Positions 31,626 to 41,482 of a stretch of DNA of 64,000 nucleotides are shown in pieces. Source of the DNA: Trueperaceae bacterium (GTDB lineage: Bacteria > Deinococcota > Deinococci > Deinococcales > Trueperaceae); contig OZ243956.1 in the NCBI GenBank assembly GCA_965214405.1, positions 3,520,001-3,584,000 on the forward strand. The letters are read 5' to 3'. How positions within the stretch are numbered: position 1 is the stretch's first letter; the number at the start of each line of letters is the position of its first letter. Made by a program: the position numbers and the translations under genes. The notes under the pieces were generated by a model. The model made no database searches. It worked only from the letters and a program-made list of their open reading frames with translations, and was not told the DNA's origin.

Positions 31626-33446
31626 GTGCAACGACCGCTGTTTTTGATTTTAGCCTTCGTTTTAGCTTTTTCTTTAGACGTGTCTGCGGCGCAATCCGCC
31701 CAGGAAACCCCCGAGCCCGCCCTGCTCACTGACCCCTTTTTACAACTGCCCACCGAGGACGCGGTGCGGGTGGTGTGGTTTACCGAGTTTGAGGGCGCAG
31801 GGCACTTCGTACTCTACGGGGAAGAGTTGGACGCGCGCGCCGAGGCCGACACCACCAAGCTGAGCCGCGTCGCTGAGGATAAAGATTCGCGCGTGCCCGG
31901 GGAGATGGAGGAGACCAGCGAGCAAAGCGAGCCGGTCTTTGAGGGCTACACCCCCCGCGACGTGTGGCGCCACGAGGCGGTAGTGACGGGGCTTACGGGC
32001 CGCGTTCCTTACCGCGCCGTGAGCGTGACTGACGACGGTGCGGAAGTCTCGAGCGAGCCCTTCACCCTCGCGCCGCTTCCCGAGGCGGGCGAGCCCTTGC
32101 AGATTCTTCTCACGAGCGACCATCAGCTCAAGGAGATGACGCCCGCAAACCTAGAGAAAGTCGAGGAGACGGTGGGCCGACCCGACGCGGTCTTTTTGGC
32201 GGGCGATCTTGTCAACATCCCCGACCGCGCCTCGGAGTGGTTTGACGACGCTCGAGGCTTCGCCTTTTTCCCCGGCTTGCAGGGCAACGCGGCTTATACT
32301 CTGGAACGCACCTTAGAAGAGGGCGGCGTTACCACCACGACGAAACGCACGTACGGGGGCGGCGAACTCATCCAGCACGCCCCGCTCTTTCCCGTGATCG
32401 GCAACCACGAGGTGATGGGGCGCTTTAGCGCGGGCGAGGGTCTTAACGACCAGTTCAACGACCCCCAACCCAGAGAGGTGGCCGAGGCGCGTTACGAAGA
32501 GCTGGCCGATACAGTCAACCCGTCGGGCGATGAGGCGGTACGCGCGCGCTGGCTAGAGGACAATTCCTACAACACCACCACATATGAGGAAATTTTCACG
32601 TTGCCCAACGAGAGCCCCGGCGGCGAACACTACTACGCGCTACAGTTCGGCGACGTTTACCTCATCGGGCTCTACGCCACGCGCATCTGGCGCACGCCGA
32701 GTTTGAACGACGACGCGCGCGGCAAATACCGCGAGCCCTTAGCCGAGCTTGACAAACCCGACAACTGGGGTTACGGCGACTTTATCTTTGAAGACTTGAG
32801 TTTGGGTAGCGAGCAGTACGCGTGGCTCGAGGAAACTTTGCAGAGCGACGCCTTTAAGGACGCGCCCTACAAAATCGTGATGCTCCACCAAGGCCCGCAC
32901 GGCTTAGGCGACAACTACAACCCGGTCTTTGCCGACCCCGTCCAGGTGCTCGATTACGACAAGGCGGGGCGCTTGGCGGGAGTGCGTTACGAGTATCCTC
33001 TCGAAGCGGATGTCTTGGTGCGCGACGTTGAACCGCTCCTAAACGCGGCAGGCGTCGACCTCGCGTTTTCGGGTCACTCGCACCTCTGGTTCAGGATGCA
33101 AAACGCGGCGGACGTCAACTTTTTGGAAACCTCGAACGTCGGCAACTCGTACGGCTGCTACCTCGAGGGCTACCGCGAGCGCGGCAACGTCCCCGACGAC
33201 CCGCGTTACACCGCCGCGAACTACGCCGCCGTGGGCGACCCGCACGGCCTGGAGCCCGTCATGCCCACCATAGAAGCGCCCATGACGACCGACGAGGGCG
33301 CGCCCCTGCCGTGCGTCGCCTCGAACGACCTCACCGTTTTTAGCATCCTCGACACGGGCACGGCTACGGTCAAGAGCTACATGTTCGACACCCGCCGCCC
33401 TGAGTCCGAGGTGGTGTTGTTTGATGAGTTCTCGCTCGAGGACTAG
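31626..33446 (+). CDS. Secreted calcineurin-like metallophosphoesterase (purple acid phosphatase-like)
   Basis: GTG 31626 with AGGAGG RBS; LLTSDHQ, AGDLV, IGNHE, GHSH metal motifs; signal peptide. Confidence 0.88.
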   Translation: MQRPLFLILAFVLAFSLDVSAAQSAQETPEPALLTDPFLQLPTEDAVRVVWFTEFEGAGHFVLYGEELDARAEADTTKLSRVAEDKDSRVPGEMEETSEQSEPVFEGYTPRDVWRHEAVVTGLTGRVPYRAVSVTDDGAEVSSEPFTLAPLPEAGEPLQILLTSDHQLKEMTPANLEKVEETVGRPDAVFLAGDLVNIPDRASEWFDDARGFAFFPGLQGNAAYTLERTLEEGGVTTTTKRTYGGGELIQHAPLFPVIGNHEVMGRFSAGEGLNDQFNDPQPREVAEARYEELADTVNPSGDEAVRARWLEDNSYNTTTYEEIFTLPNESPGGEHYYALQFGDVYLIGLYATRIWRTPSLNDDARGKYREPLAELDKPDNWGYGDFIFEDLSLGSEQYAWLEETLQSDAFKDAPYKIVMLHQGPHGLGDNYNPVFADPVQVLDYDKAGRLAGVRYEYPLEADVLVRDVEPLLNAAGVDLAFSGHSHLWFRMQNAADVNFLETSNVGNSYGCYLEGYRERGNVPDDPRYTAANYAAVGDPHGLEPVMPTIEAPMTTDEGAPLPCVASNDLTVFSILDTGTATVKSYMFDTRRPESEVVLFDEFSLED

Positions 33447-33707
33447 AACGACTACGCGATCCGGAGCACCGCGCTGGAGTATCTTGCCGAAACCCTCGAG
33501 CACGACTTCGCGCTTCCCACGGCCTACCGGCGCACCCACCCCATCAAGGACGGGCGGACGGCGCAAGACCTTTTGCTTGAGCAGCTCGAGCTGTTGGGCG
33601 CGCAAATGAAAGAAACCGTGAGCGACTTTAACCGCGATGATACGAGCAAACTTTTGGCGCACGGTAGGTTTTTAGAAGAAAAGTTTGGCAAAAGTTTGTT
33701 TGTGTAG
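33447..33707 (+). pseudogene. Start-less 86-codon gene fragment directly after the phosphoesterase stop
   Basis: NDYAIRSTALEYLAETLEHDFALPTAYRRTHPIKDGRTAQDLLLEQLELL...LLAHGRFLEEKFG: protein-like, host codon use, no start near its 5' end. Confidence 0.6.
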
Positions 33708-33718
33708 CGCGGCTCGAG

Positions 33719-35416
33719 CTACACACGCTGCACCCGCCTGAGTAGCGCCACAAGGAGCGCGAGGCTTGCCAAAATGAGAACGAGCAGCGTGCTGAGCGCG
33801 CTCGCTTGGGCGGTGGCTCCGGCCTGCTCGAGCCCGAACACGAGCCAGCCCAGCGTCTCGCTGTTCGAGCCCGCCAGGAGGGCCGAGAGCGAGAGTTCGC
33901 TAAAGGCGTTGAGGAAAACCAGCAGCCCGGCCACCGCGAGCGCGGGGGCCATGAGCGGCAGCAGCACGTAGCCGAAGAGCGCGAAGAGCCCCGCCCCGTC
34001 CAGCCGCGCGGCCTCCTCTAAACCCACGTCCACCTGACGCCACGCCGCCCCCACGGGTTGGAGGGCGAAGGCCAGGTAATGCCCAACGTAGGCGATGAGC
34101 AGCAGGTGCAGCGTCCCGTAAAGCGTGACGCCGGGGAGGGGCGAGCGCAGCCACACGAGCACGAGCGAGAGCGCGAAAACGAGGCCGGGCAGCGCGTAGG
34201 GCAGGTCAACCACGAGTTGCAGTGGCAATCCTCGAGCCGGTCCCAGCTTGAGGAGCAGGTAACCGATCACGAACGCCAAGCCCGCGGCGATGAGCGCCGC
34301 CCCCGACGCGAGCAGCAGGCTGTGTACGAGCGCGCGTTTGAACGCGCCCAACTCGGTGAGGACGAAAACGAAGTGCTTCAGGGTGAGGTTGTCGGGGGTG
34401 GGCATGAGCCCGTAGGCGCGGGTGAGCGCAGTTAAGACCATCGACACGAACGGCCCCAGGGTAAACAAACCGACGAAAAGCCCTCCCAAAAGCAGCGCGA
34501 GCGGCCAATGGACGCATCCCAAAGTGTAGCGTAGGGGCGGCTCGAGCAGCCCGCCCGCGGGCGCGTCTTGACGCCGCAATATGCGGTACTGGACGATCAG
34601 GGCGAAAACCGCCGGGACCGCGAGGAGGAGCGCCACCGCCGCCGCCTGGTCAAAGCCGCCCGTGGCGAACGAGGTGACTTTCTGATAGATGAGCGTCGGC
34701 AGGGTGAGGTAGCGGGCGGGCACACCCAAGAGCGCCTGAATCCCGAAGTTGCCCAGCGCGGCCAGAAAGCTCAAGACAAAAGCCGCGAGGATGTTGGGCA
34801 CAAGGAGGGGCACCAGGATGGCGCGCCAGACTTGCGTGAGGTTGGCCCCGTCAAGCTGCGCGGCCTCCTCGAGGCTCCTCGGCACGCTCCTCACGCCCAC
34901 CGCTATCGTCAGGAGAGCGACAGGTAGCGCGAAGATAACGAGCAGTAACACGATGCCGCCGGGGCTGTAGAGCGTCCAGGGAGGCGCGGGCGCACCGAAA
35001 AGCGCGCGTGCGAGGCGCGTTACGTACCCGGCGGGTCCGGCCCAGCCGAGCCAGGCGATGGTCAGAATCTGCGGCGGCACGACCAGGGGGACGAGCAGGG
35101 CCACGCGAAACACCCGGCGGCCCGGCAGGTCCGTTTTCTCGAGCAGTAGCGCGAGGAGAAGACCCAATAGGGTGGTCACGACCGCGACGGTACTCGAGAC
35201 GCTCAGGCTGTGCCCTAACGCGGTCCTTGCCTGCGGGTTCTCTAAAAGCCAGCCGAGCGCGCCCGGCGTAAGCGCCCGGAAGAGCAAGCGGCCCAGGGGC
35301 AGCACGTTGGTCAGCAGCAGCACGCCGCCGATGAGCAGGGCGAGAGGCAGGAGGCCGCTGGGGCGCAAAAGAACGCTCCGCGCCTTTTTGGGACGCGGAG
35401 GATTTGCTACCGCCAT
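33719..35416 (-). CDS. ABC transporter permease, FbpB/AfuB-type (two fused TM domains)
   Basis: Two EAA motifs (LEEAAQLDGA, LEEAARLDGA), KTDLPGRR. Confidence 0.88.
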   Translation of the reverse strand: MAVANPPRPKKARSVLLRPSGLLPLALLIGGVLLLTNVLPLGRLLFRALTPGALGWLLENPQARTALGHSLSVSSTVAVVTTLLGLLLALLLEKTDLPGRRVFRVALLVPLVVPPQILTIAWLGWAGPAGYVTRLARALFGAPAPPWTLYSPGGIVLLLVIFALPVALLTIAVGVRSVPRSLEEAAQLDGANLTQVWRAILVPLLVPNILAAFVLSFLAALGNFGIQALLGVPARYLTLPTLIYQKVTSFATGGFDQAAAVALLLAVPAVFALIVQYRILRRQDAPAGGLLEPPLRYTLGCVHWPLALLLGGLFVGLFTLGPFVSMVLTALTRAYGLMPTPDNLTLKHFVFVLTELGAFKRALVHSLLLASGAALIAAGLAFVIGYLLLKLGPARGLPLQLVVDLPYALPGLVFALSLVLVWLRSPLPGVTLYGTLHLLLIAYVGHYLAFALQPVGAAWRQVDVGLEEAARLDGAGLFALFGYVLLPLMAPALAVAGLLVFLNAFSELSLSALLAGSNSETLGWLVFGLEQAGATAQASALSTLLVLILASLALLVALLRRVQRV

Positions 35417-35537
35417 GTAAAGCAGTTTTTGTTGACGTTGAGCGAACTTAACGCAGTTATCATTCCTTAAACTCCGCCGTGAGCGATAGCGTATACATCT
35501 TCACTTAGATCAGGGTGTTTCTAAAGTAACGACGCGC

Positions 35538-36500
35538 TTACTCGCCAAAAAGCGTCGCAAACGCTTCCTTGTCGGCGTCGCGGGCTTCGGCCAGCTCGGC
35601 GTTGTCGGCGCTCAGGACGGTGACGTCACTTAAATTCGGAAAGCCCGCGGGGGGCGCGACGTCGTCGCGCAGCGGCAGGTAGCCCATCTCGGCGGCCAAC
35701 TCTTGCCCCTCTTGTGAGAGTAAAAAGTCCACGAACGCCTCCGCCGCCTCCCTGTTCGGCGTGCCCTTGACGATGCCCACCGGCTCGGTGATGGCGGGCA
35801 CGCCCTCGTCAGGGTAGACGACGGCCACGGGCGACCCTGCCTGCGCCTCGCGGATGGGCACAAAGTCGACCATCATTCCGTAAGGCTTTTCGCCCGCCGC
35901 GACCGCGCGAAACACCGCACCGTTGCCTTGGGTCAAAAAAACGTCATGCTGCTCGAGCCCCTCATAGAAACCCATGCCAATCCCTTCCGTGCGCGTCAAA
36001 ACGCCCAGATTGTACGCGGCTGCGCCCGAGTACGTCGGGCTGGGCATGGCGACCTCGTTCTCGAGCCCGGCCAGCGCGTTCCAGGAGGAGACGGGGTCGC
36101 TCACCAGATTGGTGTTGTAGACAATCACCGTGGCGATGAGCTTGGTGCCGTAATAAAAGCCCTCGGGGTCATAGTAAGCGGGGTCGATGGCCTCTGCATT
36201 GGGCGACTCGTAGCTCTCCAACAAGTCCCGGTTTTTAAGAATCTCAAAAGTCGGCGCGTCGGCGACCAAGAGCACGTCTGCTTGCGGCGCGCCCGCCTCG
36301 GCCTCGAGCAGAAATCGGCTGACGACCTCTTCGGTCCCGGAGCGGAAGGTCTCGACTGTGACGCCGGGGTAAGCAGCCTCAAAGGCCGCGGCGGTCTGGG
36401 CCGCGTCGGTTTCGGGTTGTGAGGTGTAAAGCCGCAGGGTGCCGCCCGGTTGGGCGAAAGCGAGACTCAAAAGCAAGGTGATTGGTAAAAAATAACGCAT
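35538..36500 (-). CDS. ABC transporter substrate-binding protein, AfuA/FbpA-like
   Basis: LRLYTSQPE, FRSGTEEV, PQADV, VVYPDEG, AEAFVDFLLSQEGQ. Confidence 0.88.
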   Translation of the reverse strand: MRYFLPITLLLSLAFAQPGGTLRLYTSQPETDAAQTAAAFEAAYPGVTVETFRSGTEEVVSRFLLEAEAGAPQADVLLVADAPTFEILKNRDLLESYESPNAEAIDPAYYDPEGFYYGTKLIATVIVYNTNLVSDPVSSWNALAGLENEVAMPSPTYSGAAAYNLGVLTRTEGIGMGFYEGLEQHDVFLTQGNGAVFRAVAAGEKPYGMMVDFVPIREAQAGSPVAVVYPDEGVPAITEPVGIVKGTPNREAAEAFVDFLLSQEGQELAAEMGYLPLRDDVAPPAGFPNLSDVTVLSADNAELAEARDADKEAFATLFGE

Positions 36501-36663
36501 AACTGTCCTCCAGGATTCACTCTATGAGGGGGCTGTCAGCGGTTTGTCAGAACTCCCGTTTGGCAGCAGGCTCATGTGGTGGATGCGCGCGTCTCGAGCA
36601 TAACAGCTTTCCCGAAGGTTCTGTGGGGGCGGTTAGACGTTTCAGAAAGGCTTCCTGTCCTCT

Positions 36664-38070
36664 CTAACTGATGAGGCGGTAGACGAGACCGACACCCGCG
36701 CTCACCATCAGCGTAGGAATCATCCCCGTCTTGAACCGGAAGAGGGCGACAAACGCACCCACCGCAATGAGGAGCACCACAAGGTTAAACGTCTCCCACT
36801 CGGGTATCAGCAGCCGCAAGCCGCCGAAACGAACGTCGGTCACGGTCGAGAATACGGTGTGGACACCGAACCAAACGGCCAAGTTGAGGATGACGCCGAC
36901 GACCGCCGCGGTAATCGCCGAGAGCGCCGCGGTGAGCGACCGGTTGCCCCGCAGGTGCTCGATAAAGGGCGCGCCCAAGAAGATAAAGAAAAAGCAAGGC
37001 GCAAAGGTCATCCAGGTCGTCAGGATGGAGCCTAAAATCCCGGCGTAGAGGGGCTCTAACCCACTCTGCCTATAAGCCCCCATAAACCCCACAAACTGCG
37101 TGACCTGGACAAGCGGCCCGGGGGTGGTCTCCGCCATGCCGAGCCCGTCCAACATCTCGCCGGGTCGCAACCAGCCATATACCTCGACGGCTTGCTGAGC
37201 AATAAACGCCAGCACCGAATAAGCGCCGCCGAAGGTGACGACGGCGGCCTGTGAGAAGAAGAGGGCGATTTGCGCGAAGACGCTTTCCGTACCCAGGGTC
37301 AGCACGATGACGAGTAGAGGGGCCAACCAGACAAAAAGCCACAGGGCGCTCGTTCTGAGCGCGTAACCCCAGGAGGGCGGGGTGTGGGAGGCGACGGCGT
37401 CGGTAATGACAAAGCCCGCTTCGGCGTCCTCACCGACCGGGCGGCCCTTGACGACGTAAAAGAGTTCGGGCGCGACCCTGCCGCCCAAAAGTCCGGTGAG
37501 CCCGGCGGCGAGCACGATGAGGGGAAAAGGCAGCGTAAAAAAGAAGATGGCGACAAACGCGAGCACCGCGATGAGGAGCATCGCCCAGTTTTTCAAGACG
37601 CGCCTGCCGATGCGAATGACCGCTTCGACAACGAGCGCCAACACCGCCGCCTTGAGGCCAAAGAAAAGCGCCTCGACAAAGCCGGTGCTGCTGTAGCGCG
37701 CGTAAACGACGCTCAAGGCGAGAATTGACAGAAAGCCCGGCAAGATAAAAAGCAGTCCGGCAACGAGCCCGCCCTTCGTCTTGTGGAGTAGCCAGCCGAT
37801 ATAGGTGGCGAGCTGCTGCGCTTCGGGTCCGGGCAGGAGCATACAGTAGTTCATGGCGTGTAAAAAGCGGGTCTCGCTAACCCACCGCTTCTCTTCGACC
37901 AAGAGTTTGTGCATCACGGCGATTTGCCCCGCCGGGCCGCCAAAGGAATTTACGGCGACCCTGACCCACACGCGCACCGCCTCGGAAAAGGGAACGTCAT
38001 GAGAGGCGGTGTGAGAGGCGGTGTGAGGGGCGGTCGCGTCACCCGGGGGCGAGACTGAGGCTTCATCCAT
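36664..38070 (-). CDS. chrA: Chromate efflux transporter (long-chain CHR)
   Basis: SFGGPAGQIAVMH, LPGPEAQQLATYIGW, VTFGGAYSVL, AETTPGPL. Confidence 0.93.
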   Translation of the reverse strand: MDEASVSPPGDATAPHTASHTASHDVPFSEAVRVWVRVAVNSFGGPAGQIAVMHKLLVEEKRWVSETRFLHAMNYCMLLPGPEAQQLATYIGWLLHKTKGGLVAGLLFILPGFLSILALSVVYARYSSTGFVEALFFGLKAAVLALVVEAVIRIGRRVLKNWAMLLIAVLAFVAIFFFTLPFPLIVLAAGLTGLLGGRVAPELFYVVKGRPVGEDAEAGFVITDAVASHTPPSWGYALRTSALWLFVWLAPLLVIVLTLGTESVFAQIALFFSQAAVVTFGGAYSVLAFIAQQAVEVYGWLRPGEMLDGLGMAETTPGPLVQVTQFVGFMGAYRQSGLEPLYAGILGSILTTWMTFAPCFFFIFLGAPFIEHLRGNRSLTAALSAITAAVVGVILNLAVWFGVHTVFSTVTDVRFGGLRLLIPEWETFNLVVLLIAVGAFVALFRFKTGMIPTLMVSAGVGLVYRLIS

Positions 38071-38109
38071 TGGCGCTCCTTTGCAAAATGAGCTCTTGTG
38101 CGCTGCGTC

Positions 38110-38244
38110 TTACGCTTTTGACGCCTTTGAAAACGTTACATACAACCCGCTGAAAAGCTGCTCTCCTCGAGCCTCGAGTTCCTCATCACTGAGCCCCGAA
38201 GCGAGCCAGCCGTCTAGAAGAGCGTCAAGCCCCGCGACTTCGGC
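38110..38244 (-). pseudogene. ChrB C-terminal remnant
   Basis: AEVAGLDALLDGWLASGLSDEELEARGEQLFSGLY resembles the end of ChrB; in-frame TAG and no start upstream; lies just before chrA. Confidence 0.6.
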
Positions 38245-38413
38245 GAGGACGCACCGAGCGAGTACGGTCTATTGCGGCGGCTTTATCCTCCATTTTCAAA
38301 TATAACGGTTTGTAGAACGAGCCACTTTCTTCTCCGGTGCTCGAGCCTATGGTTTAACTCACGAGGTTGACACGAGCAGCCTCAACTTACTTAAACTACG
38401 GGAGGCACAAAAC

Positions 38414-38779
38414 ATGGCAAACACGGACTACAGACGAACGCTATCCACTTCCTCACTTATTGGTGACGGCGTCAGAAACGCGCAGGGTGAGAGCCTCGGT
38501 AACCTAAAAGAACTTATGGTTGATGTTGAGCGCGGGCAAATCGCGTACGCCGTTCTCGACTTCGGCGGCGTCTTGGGCGTAGGCAACAAGCTTTTCGCGG
38601 TTCCTTGGCAAGCTTTTGACGTGGACGAAAAGGACCACAAGCTGGTTCTCAACATTGACAAAGACCGTCTCAAGAATGCCGAGGGCTTTGATAAGAACGA
38701 TTGGCCCGACACCGCAGACTTAAACTGGGGCAAACAGGTTCACGATTACTACGGTTACACGCCCTATTGGGAGCAGTAG
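38414..38779 (+). CDS. PRC-barrel domain protein
   Basis: SLIGDGVRNAQGESLG, IAYAVLDFGGVLGVGNKLFAVPW, HDYYGYTPYW. Confidence 0.9.
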   Translation: MANTDYRRTLSTSSLIGDGVRNAQGESLGNLKELMVDVERGQIAYAVLDFGGVLGVGNKLFAVPWQAFDVDEKDHKLVLNIDKDRLKNAEGFDKNDWPDTADLNWGKQVHDYYGYTPYWEQ

Positions 38780-38815
38780 ACGGTAAAGCAGTAAAGGCAG
38801 CAAACCACACCAGGC

Positions 38816-38842
38816 AAGGCGAGTTTAGGCTCGCCTTCTTTT
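38816..38842 (+). terminator. Intrinsic terminator
   Basis: AAGGCGAG-TTTAGG-CTCGCCTT-CTTTT. Confidence 0.7.
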
Positions 38843-38884
38843 GTGCTCTTCTTCGTGTTGTGATAAACAAACCTCATGTGACGT

Positions 38885-39820
38885 TCAGCTCTTTTCAATT
38901 TTGTTCCAGTAATGCGTTTTAAGGTAATGCGCCCACAGCCCCCCGTACCACCCGTAACGCTCGGCAATCTCGCGCGCGCTGCCCGCGCTGATGGTGAGGC
39001 CCTGGGTGTACACGGCGGACACCGCCGGGAGCAGCCCCGTGTCCGTCCAGGGCACGCGCTCGGCGCGCCCGAGGCCGCGCAGCATAATAAAGTCCACCGA
39101 CCACGCGCCGACGCCCTTGATGTTTTTGAGCCAGCGTTCTACCTCGGCGTAGGGCGCGCGGCGCAGAAAATCTTCGTCCGCGCCCGCCCAGGCCTTGACG
39201 AGTTCGTCCATCCGCTCCGTTTTGCGGGTGTTGTTGGTTGCGGCGAGCATCGTGCCGGGTGGGGCGGCTAAAAGTTGCTGGGGTTCGGGAAAGGCGTAGT
39301 GGAGGTGACCGCCCCACTCGAGCCGCCCGCCCACCGCCTCCATAAGCCGCCGCATCGTCTTGTGCGCGAACGCGTTGGGCGTGCGCTGCTGGATGACCGC
39401 CCAACAGGCGCTCTCAAAGGGGGTCAGGAGCTTAAAGGGATGGTAACCGTAAAGCGCTTCCGCAACCCTCTTGAACGCGGCGTCTCTTGCCGCCAGCGCG
39501 TAGAACGGCTCTAAATCATCATCCAAACTTAAAAAAAACCGAATCCGGTCTTCCGCCGCCTCGACTCGTTCAGGCGTTAAGTCTTGGGCGTAGAGGGCGC
39601 ACTCGAGCTTAGGCTTCTCTACCGTCCCGACGCTCCTCACCCGGAACAAGACGGGGAGGCCGCCCACGCTCACCACGCGTTGCAGCGCCCCCTCCACAAT
39701 TTGTTCGTGCGCGGGGTGACGTTCATAGGGTTGTGAGCGAAAGACGCGAATAAAATTCAGCGTTTGCTCGAAAGAAAAGGGTGGCGTGGGCTTGAGCGTC
39801 AGCGTGGTGGTTTCTAACAT
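38885..39820 (-). CDS. AlkA-like DNA-3-methyladenine glycosylase (HhH-GPD)
   Basis: PFESACWAVIQQ, YAFPEPQQL, LKNIKGVGAWSVDFIMLRGLGR; start MLETT at 39820. Confidence 0.85.
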   Translation of the reverse strand: MLETTTLTLKPTPPFSFEQTLNFIRVFRSQPYERHPAHEQIVEGALQRVVSVGGLPVLFRVRSVGTVEKPKLECALYAQDLTPERVEAAEDRIRFFLSLDDDLEPFYALAARDAAFKRVAEALYGYHPFKLLTPFESACWAVIQQRTPNAFAHKTMRRLMEAVGGRLEWGGHLHYAFPEPQQLLAAPPGTMLAATNNTRKTERMDELVKAWAGADEDFLRRAPYAEVERWLKNIKGVGAWSVDFIMLRGLGRAERVPWTDTGLLPAVSAVYTQGLTISAGSAREIAERYGWYGGLWAHYLKTHYWNKIEKS

Positions 39821-39950
39821 GCGTCCATTGAACCCTTTGGGTAGCAGGTGGCACAAGGATGGCGACGTCTGTGAGACGGGACCATTGACTGCCGCTCGCG
39901 GGCTCGAGAAGATAAGGCGCGAAACTCAGAAATAACCTTCAAAGTCGAAG

Positions 39951-40292
39951 TTAGTGAAACTGGGCTTCTTCAGCAACCTGACTTGTAAACTGACGCAGCG
40001 TAACAGTCTTGTCTGGAAACTTTGCTCTAACTTCCAGCTCACCGCCCAACGCCCGGACGTAACGCTCTAAGGTCTTGACCAAAATATCCTCTTGATGCTC
40101 GATCTGCGAGACGGCTGACTGGCGAATCTCCATGATGTCCGCAAGTTCTTTTTGGGTGAGGTCGTGATCTTTTCTAAGCTCAGATAAAAGCGCGACCTCC
40201 ATGTACAGGAGTTTTTTGCCCTTCTCGATGATGCGAAGGTCTTCCTCATCCATCCCTTTATAAAGTTCGACAATGGGTCGTGCGGTCATCAT
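39951..40292 (-). CDS. XRE/HigA-type HTH antitoxin
   Basis: LSELRKDHDLTQKELA...QSAVSQIE, YVRALGGELEVRAKFPD. Confidence 0.88.
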   Translation of the reverse strand: MMTARPIVELYKGMDEEDLRIIEKGKKLLYMEVALLSELRKDHDLTQKELADIMEIRQSAVSQIEHQEDILVKTLERYVRALGGELEVRAKFPDKTVTLRQFTSQVAEEAQFH

Positions 40293-40642
40293 TCTCCTTT
40301 ATCTAGCTCTTCCAAATGCTTAGCAAACACCGTTTCGGCGAGCGGAATCATGCGGTCGTACCACCTCTTGTCCCCAGCTTTGTTCCCACCCACCAAAAGT
40401 AGCGCCTGGCGCTTGGGGTCGAACGTGTAAAGGATGCGGTAGGGGTCGCCGTGGTGCGGAACCCGCAATTCTTTCAAATTTTTGAGCTTAGAGCCTTTGA
40501 GCGTGTCTGCGTGAGGGCGGCTAAGCTGCGGGCCGTACGCTTCAAGTAACCCCACATACATCAGTAAAGCTCTCTGCAAAGGTTTGTCTTGCTCACTAAA
40601 CCAGCTTTCAAACTCCGACGTAAAGGCAACGGTAAAGGCCAT
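40289..40642 (-). CDS. RelE/HigB-type (Gp49-like) toxin
   Basis: GPQLSRPHADTLKGSKLKNLKELRV, YRILYTFDPKRQALLLVGGNK; toxin-first order; start MAFT at 40642. Confidence 0.88.
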   Translation of the reverse strand: MAFTVAFTSEFESWFSEQDKPLQRALLMYVGLLEAYGPQLSRPHADTLKGSKLKNLKELRVPHHGDPYRILYTFDPKRQALLLVGGNKAGDKRWYDRMIPLAETVFAKHLEELDKGE

Positions 40643-40831
40643 AGACAAGTGTATCAGTCTGATATAAGCTAAAACCAATATATGAGTTTTGACGCGCTAT
40701 GTAAAGTGCTCCGCGATATGCTTGGTTGTTCTGCTTGAAGTTCAAGTAATCTGAGTAGTTCTGGGTCTGAGCCCACCCGCTGTTCCTCCCGTGAACCTTT
40801 AGTTTATGCTACACACCTGAGGAGGCGTCCC

Positions 40832-41440
40832 TTGAACTGGTCCCAACGTTTCGCCGCGCGCACCGCCAACATGAAGCCCTCGAGCATCCGCGAAGTGCTC
40901 AAACTCACCCAAAAATCCTCTGAGTCTAAAGGGGTGATTTCCTTTGCGGGCGGGCTGCCCGCGCCTTCACTCTTCCCAACAGACGAACTAAACCGCGCGG
41001 CGCAAAAGGTGCTGACCGAACGCGGGGCCGAGGCCTTACAGTACAGCACCACCGAGGGACACGCGCCGCTGCGGGCGTGGGTGGCCCAAAGATTGAACGT
41101 ACCTTCTGAACACGTGCAAATCGTCTCGGGTTCGCAGCAGGGGCTCGACCTCATCGCCAAGGTTTTCTTTAACCCGCGCGACAAGGTCGTGGTGGGCGCG
41201 CCGACTTACATGGGCGCGTTGCGTGCGTTTGACGCCTACGAAGTGGATTACCTGACCGTCGCGTGTGACGACGAGGGGATGGTGCCGGGGGCGCTCGAGG
41301 CGGCCCTCGAACAAGACCCCAAGATGATTTACGTCATCCCCAACTTCGACAATCCGACGGGCGTGACGATGAGTTTAGAGAGGCGTCAGGCGCTGCTCGA
41401 CCTTGCGCGGCGTTACGGCGTGCCTGTATTTGAGGACAAT
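40832..41440 (+). pseudogene. 3'-truncated class I PLP-dependent aminotransferase (LysN/ARO8-like)
   Basis: PSSIREVLK, ISFAGGLP, SGSQQGLDL, PNFDNPTG; family similarity stops at PVFEDN and the ORF runs into the antisense of the HtrA gene; PLP-lysine region absent. Confidence 0.8.
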
Positions 41441-41482
41441 GCATGTAGAGGTCGCAACGCTGGTTTAGGTCGGCTTAACTTG

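Noticed and set aside
38110..38126. RDRM-like TTACGC-TTTTG-ACGCCT before chrA
   Set aside because: The right half-site is poor and it lies within the chrB remnant's last codons
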